Positions 59,745 to 64,000 of a stretch of 64,000 bases of DNA are shown in pieces (positions within the stretch are counted from its first letter, which is position 1; every line of letters starts with the position of its first letter). Made by a program: the position numbers and the translations under genes. The stretch comes from Burkholderiaceae bacterium (GTDB lineage: Bacteria > Patescibacteriota > Saccharimonadia > Saccharimonadales > AQU-01), in the NCBI GenBank assembly GCA_043788365.1, contig JAYVTZ010000002.1, forward strand, positions 124,032 through 188,031, written 5' to 3'. Under the pieces are notes generated by a model that worked only from the letters and a program-made list of their open reading frames with translations, searched no databases and was not told the DNA's origin.

Positions 59745-62269
59745 GGCTTTGCAACTCCCGAGTCAAGGTTAAATATTTTAGTCATTGAATCCGTCACTAC
59801 CTTGTCTAGAGCACATGGATTGGAGATTATGTATACCTTCTCTTTAGTTTCTGGGTCAATTTTCCAGCCGACCCCTTGTTGTTCACGCAAAGTGGCGATT
59901 TGCGCACAAGCATCGTCTGTAAGCAAGTCAGGGTCAGTAGTTATTCCTGGGTCATTTACTGGGAATCCATATTGAGTAACTCCAAAAATATCACCACGAT
60001 TGGTTAGTCCATTGGCACGTACACGAGGAGTGAATATACTCGAAATTAGGTTAGTTATCGAAGATATGTAGTTTACGCTAAATAAATTACTTTTAAGGTT
60101 CGGCATACCAAAAGCTAAGTTGGTAACGGCTTTGTATGACAATGATCTTTGATCCTGTGAATCAAACAGTCTTGCAAATACGCTCTTTGACTGCCAATCA
60201 TCATTACTTTGCTCATGTATAGCGTTATCTAATACTACTTGATTGGCTTCTGATATTTGAGCAGCTCCCATTCCTATGAAGCCATCATCTTTCGTGTCTT
60301 CACCTTTCATAAAACTATTGGTCGTTACGTCTATGCCGGCGGCGACTTGATCAAAAGCCTCTTGTCCTCCAGCATCGGCATTAACCACTTGTCTAAACAT
60401 TTTCGACATCATCCAGTCGAAGAAGTCCTTAGCCTTATCGGCCACGAAATTTTGCAAGGAATCTATGACACTGCCAATGCCGGGTAATATTGATAAGAAA
60501 TCAAGAGCCAGCCCGCTTATTTTTCCTAGAACCCAACCAATTGCCTTAAGTGCGCTATGTATTAAATCTCCTGCACAACCTATAACCGGTAGACAGAAAT
60601 GATATAACGGGAAAATTACTGTAGCTACCAGTTGTCCCGCTGTTGTAGCCCGCCACTCTTCGAAGAATATCTTTGGTTGGACCTTTTTCTCAGGGCACGC
60701 CAACGGGTCATTATCGCCCTGTAGGAACTTACCGTCCTGGCAGTTTACGGTTGGTAGTGAACTACTACTAGCAACAATTTTTTGGTAGACTCGGCTTTTT
60801 TCAAAGCCTTTCAATGCATCAACCGAGGCGCCAACATCAGCCAGACTGGTATCGCCAGACTGTATCTCATTATCCATTACATTCCAGAGCGCATAGTATT
60901 CCGCATAAGCCGACTCATTAACAGATTTAATAAACCTAGATATATCTTTATTCTCAATGTGTTTATCAATTTGATTCATCTGATCAGTTATTGAGAGTGC
61001 GAGGTAAACTTGACCTACAATCGGAACTGCGCTGGCTGCCGTCTTGCCAGCGGCTTCGCCCAAGAAAGGAGTTAGTATCGCTTCTAACATTTTTTCTTGT
61101 AGAAACTGACCCATAGTCTTTTCGCCTATATCTTCAGCTATTTTTTTAAGAGCACCGTCTTCGAGGCCGCTGGCGATACGTTTTGCAGCAGCACTTTCGG
61201 CTTTTTCGACCACCTTATCTGGAGCATCGCCACAATCAAGAATAAAACACATAAGATAGGCCGCTGCTTTATCATTCATGGGTCGCACCACTAAATTAAC
61301 CAATTTCAATTTTAGTTTTTTGATTGCACTAAGTTTTATATTGCCAAAGTCATCACGTGCTTGACAGGCTAGTAAACACCACTTAGAAGCTTTATACTTT
61401 CTGGCTAGCAAGCTTTTTACCTGCCAACGCTCACGGATACCTCGCGACTGAGTCTCTTCCCTAATAATATCCGTCACTTCTTTGACCACAGTTCTTTTAC
61501 CCGACTGAGTTAGTAGCTTACCGTTTTTGTATACATCGACTGTACTCGATTTTGTTGAAGCTCGGAATTCAATACCATAGTTTTCAAACAATTTAGACTC
61601 AATTCGGTTGTCGCGCCAAATCGTAAACGTTCTGCCAACAACACCCGTACCGGGTATGATTGAGGCACAGTCTTTAGAAATGGCCGTACCGCACGTCTTA
61701 AGAGATGGCGTTATTATCTTTTGAATATATTTTTCTACGTATTTTTGCTCTCTTGCCTGAATAGCATACTCAATGCGATCGTTAAACGCGCTTTTTAAGT
61801 TGCTCATAACATGTTTAACAGCCAAGGACGGCAACAAAACCAACAAGAAACTGGCTCCCGTAATGGCCATTATCGCTGATATGCCAGCCGCAGCAGCAGC
61901 GTATTTTCTGTTACTACTAGAACCTCCCTTAGTTTTTGCTTTTATCCCAGACTTGTCGTTTTTAAATAAACCACCGCTTGGTTTAGCGTCGTCACCGCCG
62001 AGTTTTGATTTTTCAGCAGACTGCAAACCTGACTCAGATGGAGTGCTCGCCTCACCCTCAGCTTCATTAAGCTTATCTCGCTTAATCGACTTATCGGTGT
62101 TTCCTTCAGAAGGATGGTTTAGATGTTCTTCGAGATCATTAACTTCTTTATCACGATCAGCTGAAGACATTCCGAGGTCATCGTGTGCCCCACCCATGCC
62201 CGGGCCAGGTTCAATACCGGGCGGCAAATCTTGTCTCTCTTCTTGGTCGTCATAAACTGCATTTGCCAT
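59741..62269 (-). CDS. Large T4SS-associated membrane protein: acidic, disordered N-terminus and 2-3 transmembrane segments
   Basis: 842 aa. Transmembrane segments at about aa 125-150 and aa 560-600. Lies between the VirB4 gene and the hydrolase gene, with overlapping start and stop. Confidence 0.5.
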   Translation of the reverse strand: MANAVYDDQEERQDLPPGIEPGPGMGGAHDDLGMSSADRDKEVNDLEEHLNHPSEGNTDKSIKRDKLNEAEGEASTPSESGLQSAEKSKLGGDDAKPSGGLFKNDKSGIKAKTKGGSSSNRKYAAAAAGISAIMAITGASFLLVLLPSLAVKHVMSNLKSAFNDRIEYAIQAREQKYVEKYIQKIITPSLKTCGTAISKDCASIIPGTGVVGRTFTIWRDNRIESKLFENYGIEFRASTKSSTVDVYKNGKLLTQSGKRTVVKEVTDIIREETQSRGIRERWQVKSLLARKYKASKWCLLACQARDDFGNIKLSAIKKLKLKLVNLVVRPMNDKAAAYLMCFILDCGDAPDKVVEKAESAAAKRIASGLEDGALKKIAEDIGEKTMGQFLQEKMLEAILTPFLGEAAGKTAASAVPIVGQVYLALSITDQMNQIDKHIENKDISRFIKSVNESAYAEYYALWNVMDNEIQSGDTSLADVGASVDALKGFEKSRVYQKIVASSSSLPTVNCQDGKFLQGDNDPLACPEKKVQPKIFFEEWRATTAGQLVATVIFPLYHFCLPVIGCAGDLIHSALKAIGWVLGKISGLALDFLSILPGIGSVIDSLQNFVADKAKDFFDWMMSKMFRQVVNADAGGQEAFDQVAAGIDVTTNSFMKGEDTKDDGFIGMGAAQISEANQVVLDNAIHEQSNDDWQSKSVFARLFDSQDQRSLSYKAVTNLAFGMPNLKSNLFSVNYISSITNLISSIFTPRVRANGLTNRGDIFGVTQYGFPVNDPGITTDPDLLTDDACAQIATLREQQGVGWKIDPETKEKVYIISNPCALDKVVTDSMTKIFNLDSGVAKP

Positions 62270-62301
62270 AAACTTACTTCACTTTACCTGTATTATATCG
62301 C

Positions 62302-64000
62302 CTAAACCTGCCCTTGTGGTTGGTTATTTATATCTATCACACCTTGAGACTGTTCAAGTTCCCTAGCCTTTTCAATTTGCTGTACTTGGTCAGGATTGGT
62401 CGTGATAAGACTCATTTCAACTGGGCTGGCGGCGATCTGGATATGAACGTGACTTTGGCCGGCAAAGAACAGCCCCTGTCCGACAGGGAACTGGCTAAGG
62501 CGTTTGGTTTCCTCGCTAGTAAGTCTAAATACTTGAGCCAAGACATCTACAGCAGACGGTGATTGTTTGAGTAGGATCTGCATTGAAGCGTTGGCTACAA
62601 TTGCCCTACCCATGCGACTACCCATGAAGTCTTCAACGTCTTGGCTAATCGTGGTAATGCCTAGGTTATACTTACGAGCTCGCTTAGCGAGCGAGAATAA
62701 GAAGTTAGCCGAGTCTTCATACTTCATAAGTTGCCAGGCTTCATCAACAATCAATATGCGGCGTTTTTGGTCAGCTTTAGTTTTGTTCCATATGTAGCTG
62801 AGGACAATATACATGGCGACTGGTCGTAGTTCGTCTTCAAGATCACGGATGTTAAACACCACCATTGGGTTTTCGATATTAATGTTGGATTGTTGTGAGA
62901 AGATGCCAGCAAAAGTACCACTAGTATATTTACGTAGTCGTTGGGCAAGTTGAGGACCGGTGCCACCCATGTGTAATAGCGTATCGTAAAGGTCGATGAT
63001 TGTTGGTGGCACGACCGTATGGGTTAGTGGGTCATTAGTGATGCCGCCTTTGGCATAGGTCTCGATTAAAGCTGCATCTAGATCGGCCTCTTCGACTGGG
63101 TTAAGGGCAGGCATCGACACGCCCGCACCACCAGACATCTGCGCCTGAGCACCGCCCATCATTAAGCGGAATAATCCGTGTAAGGTAATCAAGTTACTGC
63201 GTAGGGCGTTATCAGCCTCATCAACATCAACGACTTTTGGTAGCTCAAATGGGTTAATTCGGGTAGTTGAGTTAAGGCTTAGACGAATATAGGCTCCGCC
63301 AACGGCATCACACATGCGCTCATACTCGTTTTCAGGGTCGATAATAAATATCTCAGTACCAAACATTAAGCTACGCAAAGCCTCTAGTTTAACTGTGAAT
63401 GATTTACCGGCACCAGACTTAGCAAAGACAACCGAGTTGCCGTTTTCAAGCGAGAAACGGTCAAAAATAACCAGGCCAGAGTTATGCATATTAACGCCAT
63501 ACAAGATGCCATTATCTTGGCTTAGGTCGGCGCTAGTAAATGGGAAGCTGGTACTGACGGCGCCAGTGTTCATGTTACGGCGAATCTGTAGTTGGTCAGA
63601 ACATTGTGGCAAGGTACTGTTAAAGCCCTGTTCTTGTTGTGACGAAGCTGGCTTTGAGTAGACAAGTTGTTGGCCCAAGATTGTCTCAACCTTGTGACTA
63701 ACAAATTCGAGCTCATCCATACTGTTGCCGTAGATTGTGAAGTAAAAACCAAGTCGGAAGAAGCGTTCTTCGCCAACTTGTAGCTTATCGCGCATTTCCT
63801 CGGCATCCATAATAGCTGCCTGCTTAGCTGGGTCACGGACGCGACCTTTTTCGTTGTCTATCATAATACCGGCCTCGAGCTGGGTAACTTTTTTTCGTAA
63901 GTTTTCGAGAATTACTTGGGTATCAGCTGGATATACAAAGAGAGAAATATCCAAAACCTCATCAAGGTTAACCATACTACTCATCCAGCCAGTAAAGAGC
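62302..64000 (-). CDS. virB4: VirB4/TraC/CagE-family type IV secretion ATPase. The N-terminus lies beyond the window end.
   Basis: FAKSGAGKSFTVK Walker A and ILIVDEAWQLM Walker B. The reading frame stays open upstream of the listed Met through position 64000. Confidence 0.8.
   Translation of the reverse strand, partial: LFTGWMSSMVNLDEVLDISLFVYPADTQVILENLRKKVTQLEAGIMIDNEKGRVRDPAKQAAIMDAEEMRDKLQVGEERFFRLGFYFTIYGNSMDELEFVSHKVETILGQQLVYSKPASSQQEQGFNSTLPQCSDQLQIRRNMNTGAVSTSFPFTSADLSQDNGILYGVNMHNSGLVIFDRFSLENGNSVVFAKSGAGKSFTVKLEALRSLMFGTEIFIIDPENEYERMCDAVGGAYIRLSLNSTTRINPFELPKVVDVDEADNALRSNLITLHGLFRLMMGGAQAQMSGGAGVSMPALNPVEEADLDAALIETYAKGGITNDPLTHTVVPPTIIDLYDTLLHMGGTGPQLAQRLRKYTSGTFAGIFSQQSNINIENPMVVFNIRDLEDELRPVAMYIVLSYIWNKTKADQKRRILIVDEAWQLMKYEDSANFLFSLAKRARKYNLGITTISQDVEDFMGSRMGRAIVANASMQILLKQSPSAVDVLAQVFRLTSEETKRLSQFPVGQGLFFAGQSHVHIQIAASPVEMSLITTNPDQVQQIEKARELEQSQGVIDINNQPQGQV

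Overview
Features that can be supported from the sequence, in order. 1-2.3 kb: a heme cluster on the minus strand (hemQ-like partial, hemD, hemC). 2.4-3.4 kb: a prepilin-type pilin operon. 3.4-4.9 kb: a 494-aa protein of unknown function with a C-terminal 4-Cys zinc ribbon. 5.8-7.1 kb: uppP and a small LexA-DBD regulator. 7-45 kb: a ~38 kb cell-envelope glycan locus. It holds GtrA-family proteins, an O-antigen-ligase-like membrane protein, the priming sugar transferase, and many GT2/GT4 glycosyltransferases including fused two-domain forms. It carries galE and a phosphohexomutase. It has the dTDP-L-rhamnose genes rfbABCD and the GDP-mannose/GDP-rhamnose genes manC, gmd and an rmd-like reductase. 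A Wzm/Wzt ABC exporter and a methyltransferase are present. Several secreted proteins are embedded: a ~900-aa beta-helix protein and a GH73-like hydrolase with repeats. Inside this locus an IS200/RAYT-like Y1 transposase sits just upstream of a GT4 gene. It is bounded by two perfect 39-bp direct repeats that carry a hairpin, and it is flanked by two diverged copies of the GT4 gene's first ~68 bp. 44.9-45.6 kb: a VapC/Phd toxin-antitoxin pair. 46.3-48.9 kb: a secreted SGNH hydrolase. 49-51 kb: jag-yidC-rnpA-rpmH on the minus strand. 51.2-51.8 kb: a putative oriC with DnaA boxes. 51.8-56.2 kb: dnaA-dnaN, a four-helix-bundle protein, and recF. 56-64 kb: a type IV secretion-like cluster on the minus strand, ending in a partial VirB4 ATPase. 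It includes an 842-aa membrane protein and a three-domain peptidoglycan hydrolase (SGNH + phage-tail-lysozyme-like + M15 peptidase). A 33-bp hairpin repeat occurs twice in inverted orientation, at 7.66 kb and inside the oriC region at 51.46 kb. I recognised no rRNA, tRNA or CRISPR array by eye. All calls are from reading the translations and the DNA; nothing was searched.
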